A stretch of 61,816 nt of DNA, filler included, from Pirum gemmata (lineage: Eukaryota): assembly GCA_002812295.1 (NCBI GenBank). It is 12 parts of 12 records of this genome, joined end to end, with 100 filler letters (N's around TTAATTAATTAA, not from the genome) between each part and the next. Parts side by side here need not be neighbours in the genome. Positions count along the whole stretch, not along the records: positions 36,549 to 41,585 come from PDIN01000769.1; positions 41,686 to 46,625 come from PDIN01000770.1; positions 46,726 to 51,705 come from PDIN01000771.1; positions 51,806 to 56,745 come from PDIN01000772.1; 8 more parts are not named here. One strand, written 5' to 3'. The notes beneath the pieces were generated by a model, which worked only from the letters and a program-made list of their open reading frames with translations, was not told the DNA's origin and searched no databases. How positions within the stretch are numbered: position 1 is the stretch's first letter; every line of letters starts with the position of its first letter. Below, piece by piece: positions 37,960 to 52,013 of the stretch. A program made the position numbers and the translations under genes.

Positions 37960-39300
37960 TTATAAATAGACTTTGTAAAATAAATAATGATTGTTGTTTA
38001 TTATAATATACTATAATATTATAACGAATATATAAAATTTAATATAGGAATGAATAAATGGTTTTTTAAATAGACTTTGTAAAATAAATAATGATTGTTG
38101 TTTATTATAATATTATAACGAATATATAAAATTTAATATAGGAATGAATAAATGGTTTTTTGACTTCTAGAGCTTATTTGATAATATGGAGTATATTATT
38201 ATTATTATTATTAAATATTATTATTATTATTATTAAATATTATTGTTATTATTATTAAATATTATTATTATTAAGTTATGATATTGCTTTAGTAGTGGGA
38301 TGACGTTCTAATTAACAATGTACTTCTTTTCCGTCACCTAACTATAATGTCTTCAGCAAGACTTATAATTAACACTTGTATTAATACGTATATTGCTATC
38401 ATATATTAACAATAATGGATAAAATAAATAATATTATATTGTAATATTATTTATTAATTAATCATATTTGGGTCTTTCAACTTTTTCTATATAAAAATAT
38501 ACCAGAATTTTAGAATTCTGGGTTTATCACAATTTTAGAATTCTGGTATATTCATATATAGAAAAAGTTCCGGAAGACCAAAATCTGGTTCTATAATATA
38601 TATCTACGTAATTAAGAAATCCAGGTGTCTTTAATTATGATTTCAAAGTATACACACATAATAACGTTATTTTAACATTATTTATAACAATATCATATTT
38701 TTTTTAAAAAAAAATATTTTGTACATATACAAGTTCTAGTGCTAATTAAGTTTTACTGAAAATGCAATAGTTATTAAGACTCCGTGTTATTAAATAAGCT
38801 CTAGAAGTCAAAAAACCATTTATTCATTCCTATATTAAATTTTATATATTAATTAAAGTTGTTATATTATAATATAATATATATATTATATAATTATTAT
38901 TATGATAGCAATAATCATAATTTAAAATAATTAGTATGTAAAATTTAAAGTGTTAAGCCTTGCTGAAAACATGATAGTTAGGGTTTTCTCTTTGGTATAT
39001 TATATATAATTATATGAATATATTATATATAAATTATATGAATAATAATTTTATGTATATATATTATATAGCAAAATTTCGGTTATTTTACCGAAAATTA
39101 CCACTTTTTATATGTAATAATAATATATACATATATGATAGCAATATCATAATTTAAAATAATCAGTATGTACAAGTGTTAATTAAGTCTTGCTGAAAAC
39201 ATGATAGTTCGGACTCTCTTTGGTATATAGTTCATCTAAACACTATTGATAACATGTAAATTTTTCCTAGCTAAGAGAAGAGTACATTACTATTAAGATT
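37960..39300. repeat. Nested inverted and tandem repeats (foldback-like)
   Basis: 38121-38179 inverted with 38792-38850; central palindrome ~38470-38580; ~38315-38405 inverted with ~39130-39290; ~105-bp tandem duplication at 37962-38160. Confidence 0.8.
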
Positions 39301-39826
39301 CCATTTGTTAATTTTAATTAAAATGAATTTTATTATTATATCATATAGTTATAAAGGAGTTGAGAAATTGTCAAATGAGGGGGCACCTCCAAAACCACCA
39401 TATTAAAAATAAAGACCTTTCCATTTAAGGTGAAAACCGGACCCGAAAATGTGGTTTTCGATGTAGTTTTTTTCCAGGGTTTTTTTCGTAGGGTTGTTTT
39501 TTTTTTTTTTTTTCTTGAAAAAGGAAAAAAAATAACAAATGAAGCCCTATAATTGATCTAAACCTGCCGTCACCATCACCAACCCTCTCAGACGTGAGGT
39601 CACTCTTGACTCAGAGTCTTGAGTATCATAGTTAGTTACACATAGTGTGCCCCTCGTATGTATATTATATATATTATACAGACGTAGCCGTTAAACTGAA
39701 TAATATAATTTAGTTGTTTTGGTTTATTGTATTAATATTAATATTTTATCACTATTCGGCGTTTGTTTTGGATATTATTATATATATTATTAATAGATTA
39801 GACTACTATAAAAAGAGAAATTAGTG

Positions 39827-39935
<109 letters not shown>

Positions 39936-40074
39936 NNNNNNNNNNNNNNNNNNNNNNNNNNNNNNNNNNNNNNNNNNNNNNNNNNNNNNNNNNNNNNNNN
40001 NNNNNNNNNNNNNNNNNNNNNNNNNNNNNNNNNNNNNNNNNNNNNNNNNNNNNNNNNNNNNNNNNNNNNNNNNN

Positions 40075-40182
<108 letters not shown>

Positions 40183-40239
40183 TGAATCAGATGTCGTACC
40201 GAAACAACTGGAACGTCTATCAATACTAGACTAGAGCTA

Positions 40240-40424
40240 TCGTGCTTTTCAGTTGTTTTGTCATCATATAATATACAATAAAGAGTACCAAATTAATATT
40301 ATATAAGTCCATTTTATTTAATTTGGTATATTTTATAATCTAATTATTAATTCAAAAATATCAAATAAAATATTATAACCAACCAAATAAATATTCAGAG
40401 TGACAAAATAAATGAAAAGCACAA
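40240..40424. mobile_element. MITE family A, full copy
   Basis: TA|TCGTGCTTTTCAG...GAAAAGCACAA|TA. Confidence 0.9.
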
Positions 40425-41809
40425 TACTAGTTTCATTCGTGTTTACAAGTCCAACGGTACCAAAAACATCATACTTTTAGAGGGAGTGTTAGTTCAGAGA
40501 GTGTTATGATACGTTTAGGGCTACGGTTAGGGTAAAGGTTTGGGTTTGAATTGGGGTTAGTCTAGCTAGTAGAGGTGCGCAACATTTCTGTAGGCTTTTT
40601 TTTTTTGTAGGTTTTTGCATAATTAAATTAATTGTACAAGTTTTGTGTTTTTTAAAAGAAAAGTTGGTTTTTGTAGACTTTAAAATTTCGTAGAAGTTTT
40701 GCAAAACTTCTACAGAAAAGTTAGGGTAACCAGGAACTTTTCTTAAAAAATCAAGAAAACTCTTCTACTCTTATAATCTCTGAGAAAAGCCGGTGCGATA
40801 TTTTTTTTTTTAGAAGTTAACCATAAATTACTATATTGATTCATAATTGGATAAAGTTAATATTCATAAGTAGACCTCAGTTTGTAAATGGTTGCTTTGT
40901 TGTGTTTTCAAAAAAAAAAAAAAAGTCCATTAGTAGTCCATTAGTATTGCTATTGGAATTGTTGGATGCTATCAATGCCTATCATAGGCTAGTTAATAAA
41001 AAAAAAAAGTCTATTGATGTTGCCTAATATTGCTTTGTAGGCTTTTTTCCAGGGCTTTTTTCTTATGATATCATATATATAAAAAAAAAATGTTGACAAG
41101 AACTGTTACCAAAAAACTGAGTATCATACTATGTGGGTGTAACATGGGTGGGTGATTCGTACATAGTCTCTAGATCATCATGGTCTACAGAGTCTACAGT
41201 ATCATACTCTACACTCTATTTGGTGGCTACCACTTTTCTCCAATTACCGTACGGTATGTAAAACGGCCACATTGACATATTTGGACACACTAAAAAAAGC
41301 ATTTTCGGTGCGTTCTCAACTGAATTTTTTGCTACACTTTTTTTTGCCTATGGGAGCGTTCAAATGAAGGGGTAGGTAGGTAGGTAGGTGTTATTTGACC
41401 GGAAGGGTAGTAAGTAGGGGTATTTGAAGCTGTATTTGACCGGAAAGTTATGTAGTATTTGAAGGCTCCCCAGCAGGCCGCCCATATCATTAATATTAAT
41501 ATTGTTATATAAATTGTTATTGCTATTGTTATTGTTATTGTTATTGTTATTGTTATTGTTATTGTTATTGTTATTGTTATTGTTANNNNNNNNNNNNNNN
41601 NNNNNNNNNNNNNNNNNNNNNNNNNNNNNTTAATTAATTAANNNNNNNNNNNNNNNNNNNNNNNNNNNNNNNNNNNNNNNNNNNNAAAAATACCCTTCTA
41701 GATTCAATTCCATCTTCAGATTTTTTACTGGTACATGGAAATGTTAGTTTATTTCGAATTCAGTTTTTGAACTGGACAACGCTATTGAGAAACACGATAA
41801 TTTATATTA

Positions 41810-42003
41810 TAGTGCACGTGCTTTTCATTTGTTTTGTCATCATAAAAAAATATACAATAAATAGTACCAAATTAACATAATATAAATCCATTTAATTTAA
41901 TTTGGTATACTTTATTATCTATATATTGATTTAAAAATGTCAATTTAAAGATTATAACCCTCCAAATAAATATTCAGAGTGACAAAATAAATGAAAAGTA
42001 CTA
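41810..42003. mobile_element. MITE family A, full copy next to a family B end
   Basis: GTGCTTTTCATTTGTTTTGTCA...TGACAAAATAAATGAAAAGTACTA|TA. Confidence 0.85.
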
Positions 42004-42082
42004 TAATATNATTAGTATTAATACGTTATATGATAACTTATTAGTCCTAGCTGTAGTCCTCCAGAAGCTCTCAAGTCTCTAG

Positions 42083-42144
42083 AGGGTTAGGGTTAGGGTT
42101 AGGGTTAGGGTTAGGGTTAGGGTTAGGGTTAGGGTTAGGGTTAG
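42083..42144 (+). repeat. Interstitial (TTAGGG)n telomeric repeat
   Basis: About 10 perfect units with unique DNA on both sides. Confidence 0.95.
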
Positions 42145-42498
42145 AGGAAAAACAAAAATCCCAGGGTCTTCGTTAGTAATTTTAATACTTATATTGATAC
42201 GATAGATAATAATAAACTTATACACGTAATTCTAGCTAGGATCATAATTTTTTTATTTTTGTTTTGGATTAAAGAATTTAATTATTATAACAAGCATCAA
42301 ATAATCGATTTAATACTTATCGATATGAAAGTGTTGCTGAAGTTCAACGACTCTAGTTCAACACTAGCTAGTTCAACTAGTTCAGTAGGAGTTGAAAGGC
42401 CTAAACGGTGAACCTTCTATCAATAGCTTTTGCAGATTAATTTACTAGTTGGTGAGGTATTAATATTAGTAACAGTACCATATCATATAAATATCATA

Positions 42499-42683
42499 TT
42501 GTGCTTTTCATTTATTTTGCCACTCCGAATATTTATTTGGTTGTTTATAATATTTAAACTGATACTTTTAAATAAATAAATATATAATAAAATATACCAA
42601 ATTAAATGAAATGGATTTATATTATATTAATTTGGTGTTATTTATTGTATACTTTATGATGACAAAACAATTGAAAAGCACTA
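42499..42683. mobile_element. MITE family A, full copy
   Basis: TA|TTGTGCTTTTCA...TGAAAAGCACTA|TA. Confidence 0.9.
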
Positions 42684-44306
42684 TAATACTTACAAAAGAA
42701 ATATTACTGAAATATTTTTTAAAACACTATCAACTGATATGGTGCAAATAATCATCTTTAATTAATATCTGTCAAATACAGCTTCAAATACCCTACCTAC
42801 CTACCCCTTGACGTTAATTTCCGGTCGAATGCCGCATACCTACCTACCTCTTGACGTGACGTATTATTTGAACTCTCCCTTACCCCTTACAAAAGAAATA
42901 TTACTGAAATATTTTTTTTTTTTAAAAAAAAAAGAGTAATATTAGACTATCTAAAAACGTCTTACTTTTTTTACTAATTAAAAGTATCATGTTTATGTTC
43001 AAAAGTTTCAAACCTACTAAATAACTATTAAAAATACTTTCGTTCGAAAACTGAAAAATCTAATAAAACCCAAAAATTGGACGTTTTTTAATTTTGTTTG
43101 GGCCATATTATGTAACGATAGGCACAGCTAGCTAGCTAGCTAGCTAGCTAGGCACCTACAGAAAAGGAAAACAAAAGTAAAACAAATCAGGTGTCTATTT
43201 TCCATTTTTGTTATTAAAAAAATGTTTTTTGGTCAAATGCGTGTTTGCGCTGCATGTTTTCGCATTGACATTAGCCAAAATATTTTCTGGAAAATTTATT
43301 TTTTTTAAAAATATCATCAAATATCACAAATATCATTACTATTATTATTATTTTGTGGATTTATTTTATAGGTGGATTCATCATTCTCAGATTCATCAAT
43401 TCAAATATATCGATAGTTTTCACTTTTCATTGGGTATATATATTAATTATTATTATGATAGATGGAGGCAGTGTTCAGATACTACGTCAAATACAGCTTC
43501 AAATATCCCCTACCTACCTACGTACACGTATTATTTTTAAAATTTTAAAAAGCTTTTTATCTATTTATTCATGATATTTATTTTGATTTCTCCTTAGAAT
43601 AGATATCAATCAGTAGGGGTGAGATGACGTCATTTTATTATTACCGAACAGCTGCCGGAACTTTTCCGATTTTTATGGTTTTATTACTATTAATGTTAAC
43701 ATTATTACTTTAATTGGTATNNNNNNNNNNNNNNNNNNNNNNNNNNNNNNNNNNNNNNNNNNNNNNNNNNNNNNNNNTTACTATTTTAAGCTATTTAACT
43801 GCTATTATTAGTAAGAAACACGGAACTAAGGTTGGCTCGATAAGCATCTGTTCGAAAAAAGTTCCAGTAGATATCTCACCCCTACTTATCAATCATACAT
43901 ATGATGCAAATAATTTAAAAAAAAACGTTCAACTTTTGGATTTCATTAGAATTTTCAGTTTTCGAACATAAACTAAATTATAAGTAATGTCTTAGGTATT
44001 TAATAGATTTGAAATTTACTTCCAGAAATTTGCCTAAAGTTACTATAAATAGTATAATAAACTCTTTTTAAAGTAACTACTTAAATAGGTAGCTGCTAAA
44101 TAAATAATTACAAATGCTAAATATGGTAACAACATTTACTTTGTGCCTCGGTCAAAAAAGTTCGCCATAAGAGTTCTCACCCCTCCTCCTTATATGATAT
44201 CATATTAAAAAAAAAAATAATATTATGATAAAAAAAAATGATAGTCTAGTATGCAATTTTTAACTTTTGCAAAGATAGATAGATGTCTTTGTATTATGAT
44301 ATAGAC

Positions 44307-44427
44307 TAGTGCTTTTCATTTATTTTGTCACTCTGAATATTTATTTGGTTGTTTATAATATTTAAATTGATACTTTTAAATAAATATATATATAATTATT
44401 TTATGATGACAAAACTGAAAAGCACTA
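44307..44427. mobile_element. MITE family A, internally deleted copy
   Basis: Both TIRs present; central TACCAAATT...AATTTGGTA block missing. Confidence 0.85.
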
Positions 44428-44964
44428 TAATACCACACTGATAGTACACTGTACCTCAGCTAATTATATACTATTTTTTTTTCTTAAGTGTTCAAATTCT
44501 TTATTGAAGAATGGTCCCGTTTCTCTTTCCATAGTATCGAGTTTACTAACTTAGTTAGACAAGCTAGCTAGACTAGTAGTAGAGCTAGACTAGTAGTAGT
44601 AGAGCTAGCTAGTAGTAGAGCTAGCTAGTAGTAGTCTAGTAGTAGAGGTTGGTACACCGCATCCAATTAGTAGGATGACGTCATCTCATCCCTCCTCTAG
44701 TAGTAGAGGTTGGTACACCTTAGGCATGCCTTGCCCGCTATATTGATAAAAAGGGGAGGCAGGCAAAATAGGGTAGAAATACGCAGAGAAAAAGGACATT
44801 TTAAAAGGCCTAGCTAGTAGCTATCATACTGCTAGGATTTAAAATAATAAATTTTCTCCCTTTTGACAAGTGTTGAAATAGACATTTATAAATAGTCCAA
44901 GGGGCAAGAGTTTGCGCTGTTGTGTGGTTTAGGGTGTCAAATTTATTATTTGGTACTTTGAAAT

Positions 44965-45280
44965 TGGTTAGGGTTAGTTGGGGTTGGGATTAGGGTTAGG
45001 GCTAAGAGTTAGGGTTGAAGGTTACGGTTAGGGCAAAGAGTTAGGGTTGAAGGCCAGGGTTAGGGCTAGGGTTTAGGGCTAGGGTTATGGTTAGAGCTAG
45101 GGTTAGGGTTAGAGCTACTAGCTAGGGTTAGGGTTAGAGCTACTAGGGTTAGGGTTAGAGCTAGGGTTATGGTTAGAGCTAGGGTTATGATTTATGATTA
45201 GGGCTAGGTTAGGTTAGGATTGAAGGTTCGGTTGATGGTTAGGGTTAGAGAGTTAAGAGTTTAAGATTAGGGTTAGGGTT
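44965..45280 (+). repeat. Degenerate TTAGGG array mixed with GAGCTA/CTAG units
   Basis: For example GGTTAGGGTTAGAGCTACTAGCTAGGGTTAGGG. Confidence 0.85.
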
Positions 45281-46725
45281 ATAAAGTAAGTATGGGTTTA
45301 TGAATCATTACAAATTAACAACAATCCAAATTGGAAAATATTCTCAAATCTTGGAGGAACATGGGCTTTTGGATAAAAGACGAATTTTTTTTGGAGAAGT
45401 TTTATTATTAGCACTCCTTTTACTTTATTTAGATTACAAAATTCCTATTTTACTATTGCAATTTGTTATACACCTATACAACTAACTATACACTTTCCAT
45501 TGGGTGGAGTGGGATGTGTTGGGAAGAAGGGCTGAGCTTCCAATTATATAATCGTTTATTTACATTTTTGTACCCTGTTCGGAAATAAAAGAAAATTACA
45601 ATGAAAACTAAGACTTTTTTTTTTCTTTTTTGCTTTTTGTTAATTTTTTTGTATTGTTTTTTTATTATTAAGACATTGTACCAAACACAGGATTGTGTCT
45701 ACAAATTGAAGGGCCATGTTCATCATAATCTTTCTTTGTGTGGCAAACTTGGTAAAATTCAGGAGTGGAAGCCAACATACTTCCCCCAAACCATACAGCA
45801 TAACGTTGCATATTATGAGAAATAACGTCTACATCAATTGCTGTAGGCTATTTACAGAAGTGTAATAATTGAAAAATAAATTAGTAAATTAATAAATAAT
45901 AAACAACAATAATAAATAAATAAATAAATGGATAAATAAATTAATAACAAATAAAAATAACAAAATAATAATTAATACTTTATTAGGTAAAAATTAAAAA
46001 CAGACATAATACAATACTTAATATAAAATAAAAATAAAATTGAGACTAATGACAACACGAACAAGACAGATTTTTTAAAAAGGAAAAGAAAAAACAGTAA
46101 CTAAGGCAAGATATGTCAACTTACGTTCGTAAATTACAGTCTTTTTGATCAATAATAATATCAATCAATAATGATAAACGATCACAAATAAATACACCCA
46201 AGTTAACAAAAACACAACACAACACAACACAACACAACACAACACATCTAAACACAACACAACACAGCACAGCACACCACAACACAACACACCACAACAC
46301 ACCACATCTAAACACAACACAGCACAGCACAGCACAACACAACACAACACCACACCACAACACACACCACAACACATACACCACAACACAACACACACCA
46401 CAACACATACACCACACCACACCACACCACACAACACACACCACAACACAGTACAACAGAACACAACAGACACAACAGAACACAACAGACACAACAGAAC
46501 ACAACAGACACAACAGAACACAACAGACACAACAAAACACAATAGAAAACATCCAGGTCACCCAAGATACCCAAGATACCCAAGATACCGCACCACACCA
46601 CACCACACCACACCACACCACACCANNNNNNNNNNNNNNNNNNNNNNNNNNNNNNNNNNNNNNNNNNNNTTAATTAATTAANNNNNNNNNNNNNNNNNNN
46701 NNNNNNNNNNNNNNNNNNNNNNNNN

Positions 46726-46948
46726 AAACACCACTGAATGTTGGGCCAGTATGATTAGGAACAATGGTACAACGAGGGTCTTTATTTGGTGGGTAAGAGC
46801 AACCAGTTTCAAAGTGACCTTGGTAGAAACCAGAGTACTCAGGGTCAAAATCTTTGGGATGATTTACACAAAATCTCTCTCTGACGGAATCTGTAGGTTG
46901 TGCCAAAGCAGAAGCAACAAAACAAGTGGCTACGATAAAGAATTGCAT
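46726..46948 (-). CDS. N-terminus of a secreted Cys-containing protein, truncated by the gap
   Basis: Signal peptide MQFFIVATCFVASALA; frame open to the N run; AT-rich upstream region. Confidence 0.75.
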
Positions 46949-47127
46949 GGTTCCTTTTATTATTATTAATATTGTTTCTTTTTTAAGAGTTGTTGTATAT
47001 TTAAAATTAATTGTTATTATTAGGTTTAATTTTTAATTAATATTATTATNNNNNNNNNNNNNNNNNNNNNNNNNNNNNNNNNNNNNNNNNNNNNNNNNNN
47101 NNTTGTTTTTTTTTTTTTTTTAAAAAT

Positions 47128-47165
<38 letters not shown>

Positions 47166-48169
47166 TCATATTATTATAAATGATAGGTGAGCAAAGAAGT
47201 TTTCCTGGGGTTTTTGGTCTTTGTAGTCAAAATTTTATTTTTATTAACTTTTTATTTTAATTAAAAGTGTTTTTGGGTGTTTTTAGGTATTTTTTATAAA
47301 TTAAAATAAAAGCCAAAAATTGATCATGAAAATTTTATCATATCATATCGTGTAATATGATAATATTAAAATAGTTATAAGCATTGAGCAACAAATACTA
47401 GGCAACTCATAAAAATTTGGGTTCTGTTTTTTTTCAGCAAAGAGTAGTCACATTCTACTAGTAATTGTAGTTGTCCTCTTAATCTTTAATTTGGTACTGT
47501 TTAATTAAGTGTATAATTGAACTCGTTTATAAAATACAACATAAAATACCAAATTAATTAAAACAAGTTTGATTGTTTAAACATACCAGTAATACCAGTA
47601 ATAGTAATTTAGTACGTATGCGTTTATTTCAATTTTTGAACTGGACAATATTGAAAAACACAATAGTGTATGTATACGTAGTAATGCCATATTATAATTC
47701 TTTATCGTAGTCATAATTATGTTTTGTGGCTTCTGTTTTATGAATTATTAGTGTAAAATTCATACCACTGAGCGATATCTATACTGAATAAATGATCAAA
47801 ACGATATAGATAGAACTCGAGAAACATTTTACACCACTTTGAAAGTGTCCATAACTATAGAGTATAGACCCTCATTGTACTGGTCCAACCATGATGGTCA
47901 TGATATGAGTACTTGTAATTTCGTTACGAAAACACCTTATATACATATAATAATGTCTATAACTGTTTTTTAAAAAATTTGTTTAGACTACTCTAGAGTC
48001 ACTAGACACTGTAGTCTTTAGAGTCAGTGTAGACAGTCTAGCAGTAACTACTGCAGAGTGACTCTATACTAGTAGTCTCTAGTCTGTTAACATTTCGAAA
48101 ACTTCCGTATACGAATAAAAGAATTTTTAAATCGTACGAATAAAGGATGTTTCTAAAATGCAGCTTTAA

Positions 48170-48711
48170 ATGCTAGAGTCACCCATTGGTTATTTTCGTA
48201 AAAAGGTTCTTGGGATGAATTTCTCTTGGGGGAGAAACAGCAACGTAAAAGAATAGCACAAAAAATAAACAATTTGTTATTACAATATTACATGAATATT
48301 CCTGATGATGATATTATTAACACAAAACAATTTATAACGTTCACTAATCTTGGATTTTCCTCTAATGAGCTTAATGATGTTTCAAATTTTATAGAATCTA
48401 TGATTAATAAAAAGTATGATTCATATACAATCAAAGATGTTAATTATTTGGAAAGTTTAGTTTTGAAAGATGAAAAACCCGAATGGCGAGAACTAGTAGC
48501 TTTGTCAATTTCTTTATTAAAAAAATGCCTATCTTATTCAGAATTGGATACAACATTGAAGACTAATGTAGAAAATGGTGTTAAACAAATACTTATAAAT
48601 CTTCAGAATTATTACAAAACTCGTCATGAATATTTAAAAACAGATGTTATAAAATCTGACTTGGTTGAAACTTTGGTTAATAATATACCCGAGTATTATG
48701 GTAAATTGTAA
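48170..48711 (+). pseudogene. Intronless orphan ORF remnant, unknown family
   Basis: 161-codon complex open stretch; protein-like sequence continues upstream past an in-frame TAA at 48199. Confidence 0.4.
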
Positions 48712-48938
48712 AAATAAATTATATTAAATATTTTTCACGTAAAGGTTGTAACTCTTTTTCAATAAAATCTTGAATTTTATCAATACTTATAGTATAAGGT
48801 ACAATAATTAAAAAAACTCCATGATGTTGACATAATTGTCTTTAGTGTTTTTTTTCATAAATGTATAATTAGAAATCAAAAGAGAAATCTAAGATTCTTA
48901 CTGGAAGATTCCTGTGGGACTAGAACTTGTAATTACGT

Positions 48939-48997
<59 letters not shown>

Positions 48998-49538
48998 CCC
49001 TGAATTCTAAAGACTACATTTGAGAGATTCTTACTGGCTGCTATAGGATGTAGATAGATCCCACTGATCAACTTGTTCAAAAACCACATTTTTTTTTTAT
49101 ATATGATCATATGAATATGATATTCAGATTATAGACTATGACGTATGGTTATAAAATTATCAGCCACATAATCAACCACTTTATTATTCGCCTAAAATAG
49201 CTAAAATATTAGGCTCACGTGTGACAGACTGACAATAGGACCATAGACTTTTGGGGTTTCATTATTTTTTAATAATTATAATATACTGTATATAATTTTA
49301 CTGTATAATTTGGTATTTTTGAGTAAATTTCAACTAGTAAATTTCAAGTATTGCTCCAAAGATATAAAAATGACTTTAGAAACACAAAGTATTGATGAAT
49401 TAGATTATTATTTTCATACTCTGTCAGTACTTTCATACAGTTGTCAGTGCAAGAGCTGTGCACTGATTTTTTTTTTATCATTGATCGAAATGCCGAAATC
49501 TTTTTTAAAAAATCCTCCAATTTTGTAGTAAGTAGATA

Positions 49539-49703
49539 TCGTGCCTTTCATTTATTTTGTCACTCTGAATATTTATTTGGAGGATTATAATCTTTAAATT
49601 GACATTTTTAAATCAACCAAATTAAATTAAATGGATTTATATTGTATTAATTTGGTACTATTTATTGTATATTTTATGATGAAAAAACAACTGAAAAGCA
49701 ATA
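49539..49703. mobile_element. MITE family A copy with a small deletion
   Basis: TA|TCGTGCCTTTCATTTATTTTGTCAC...CAACTGAAAAGCA. Confidence 0.85.
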
Positions 49704-50794
49704 ATACTATCAAAATTTTAGAAATCGTCCAACTAAGAAAACTCTTATCAATAATAGAGTCTAATTATTATTATTTGGCTTTTTGGAGAACAGAAGTCTA
49801 ACAAAAATAATTTCTACAGCGTAAAAAAAAAAAAAATAAAATAATAAAAAATAGTGAACTTTTAAATACCTTTGGTATACTCAATTATGAAAATGTTAAT
49901 TCGGTAAAAGTCATTACATATCAAGGAAAAAAAGCCAAACAATACAATAACATGATAAGGTTAGCTTTTCATCATGAACATGAACAAACAACGACGACGT
50001 TACCTAGATTTTTAAAAGGTGATGTTATGGTATTTAATAATCATCATACTCATAAAAAAAGTAATAATATAATTTATGCTTATGAAACTCTATGTCATAT
50101 TGCTGAAAAAGAAAGAATTTTTTGGAGAGTTGGGAATGAACACTGAATGGAGGATTCAAATTTCAAAGGGGTAATTCAATTTTTACCTAGCTACACTTGG
50201 TTGGCTATTGGTTGTTTTAGAATCTGTTCTTGAACTACAGTACCACTTCTACTAAATACCAGGGTCTTTCACACCAGATCTCAAGGTACTATTATAATTA
50301 GGGAACATGCATAAAGGACGTGACTTATTCTTTGATAGAAGTCATTGCTCGAAAGTGTGACTTCTTAAACTATTTTAGGCAATAATTAATTACTAAAGTA
50401 AACTTGGAAATTATGACCAAAAGTGTTTTGAACAAAGAGGCATAGGTATTTTAAAGATTAGGCGACGTCCTTTATGGATGATTCCGTAGTATATATATCA
50501 TGTGACTGTAAATAGTTTGTAAACTATGTTGTCATATTGTCACTGTTGTCACTGTGGTGTGGTGTTGTGTGGTGACAGTTGTTAACTTTAAATTAGTTCA
50601 CTATAGACGTCGACTATATATTAAAAGATATATATATGATATATATATATTTGATGAATTTATAGAGAGAGCTTCTAAAAATAAAGTTTATGGTATATAA
50701 TATTATTTCATAATAGAAGTATATTTTTAGACCCAGGAGGGCCCACGTCTAGTTAATATGATAGCCAGCTGGAGTTAGCTGGCCCATTTTGCTA

Positions 50795-51240
50795 TCGTCT
50801 ATTTCATTACCATTACAGTTGTCCTCTCAATTTTTAATTTAGTACTGTTTAAAAGTATAAAGTTAAACTTGTTTATAAAATACAAACATTAATTAAGAAT
50901 AAAATACCAAATTAATTAAATCATGTCCGATAGTTTTGCAGTGTTTTACCATAAATTTTTAGGTACGTTTATTTCAGTTTTAATTTTTGACTTGAAGAAC
51001 ACTATTGAAAAACACGATAGACTCAGGAGAGCACCGCTAGGAGAGCATAAAGTTAAACTTGTTTATAAAATACAAACATTAATTAAGAATAAAATACCAA
51101 ATTAATTAAATCATGTCCGATAGTTTTGCAGTGTTTTACCATTAATTTTTAGGTACGTTTATTTCAGTTTTAATTTTTGACTTGAAGAACACTATTGAAA
51201 AACACGATAGACTCAGGAGAGCACCGCTAGGAGAGCATAA
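50795..51240. mobile_element. MITE family B with a 190-bp tandem duplication of its right part plus flank
   Basis: ACTATTGAAAAACACGATAGACTCAGGAGAGCACCGCTAGGAGAGCATAA at 51001 and 51191. Confidence 0.9.
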
Positions 51241-51805
51241 TATGATAGCTAGCTAGCACTAGACACTACTACTAGACTACATCCTAGCTAGCTAGCTAGA
51301 CTACCGGTAGCCTTCCCTGTGTCTAGCTACCTGTGTCAGGCTATCGATATTTTCTTTTTTATAAATAAATACCTCCACAGTAGCTTGATCAATTGAGTAT
51401 TTTTTGTTTTGTTTCGTTTCGTTATTTTTTTTGTTTTTTGGTTTTAAAATAATAATCGACAAATATCATAATAATAAAAACCAAAATGTAGATTAGAATA
51501 TTATATAGACCTATATATGTATTTTAATTGAATAATAGATAAAAATAAAATTAAAACAATAGTTTATTTCACTTTTTGAACTATTGACAAACGAACGCGA
51601 TAGTCTATAATTATAAGTCAGGAGAGTCAGTGGATAGCTGCTAGCTATCATATTTATAAATATGATACCTACTAGCTAGCATGATCAATTTTTTTTTTTA
51701 TAATTNNNNNNNNNNNNNNNNNNNNNNNNNNNNNNNNNNNNNNNNNNNNTTAATTAATTAANNNNNNNNNNNNNNNNNNNNNNNNNNNNNNNNNNNNNNN
51801 NNNNN

Positions 51806-51836
<31 letters not shown>

Positions 51837-52013
51837 GCCGGCAACAGCAACAGCAACCACAGCAACAACAACAACATCTACATCAACAATCGCGACAATC
51901 ATAACCACATCAACATCAACATCAACAACAACATCATCATCAACCGCGACATCATTATAACAATCAACATTACAACAACCCATACCTACCACTATTTCCA
52001 TACACGTTTACCG

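Larger units (their letters stand above)
41370..43522. repeat. Dispersed short repeat GTCAAATACAGCTTCAAATA(T)CCC(C)TACCTACC (41415-41440 inverted; 42771; 43486)
   Basis: Near-identical ~30-bp core with (TACC)n tails on two different pieces. Confidence 0.6.

Noticed and set aside
45300..45825. Possible plus-strand exons (also ~54710-54900)
   Set aside because: Short, no recognisable motif, no consistent gene model.
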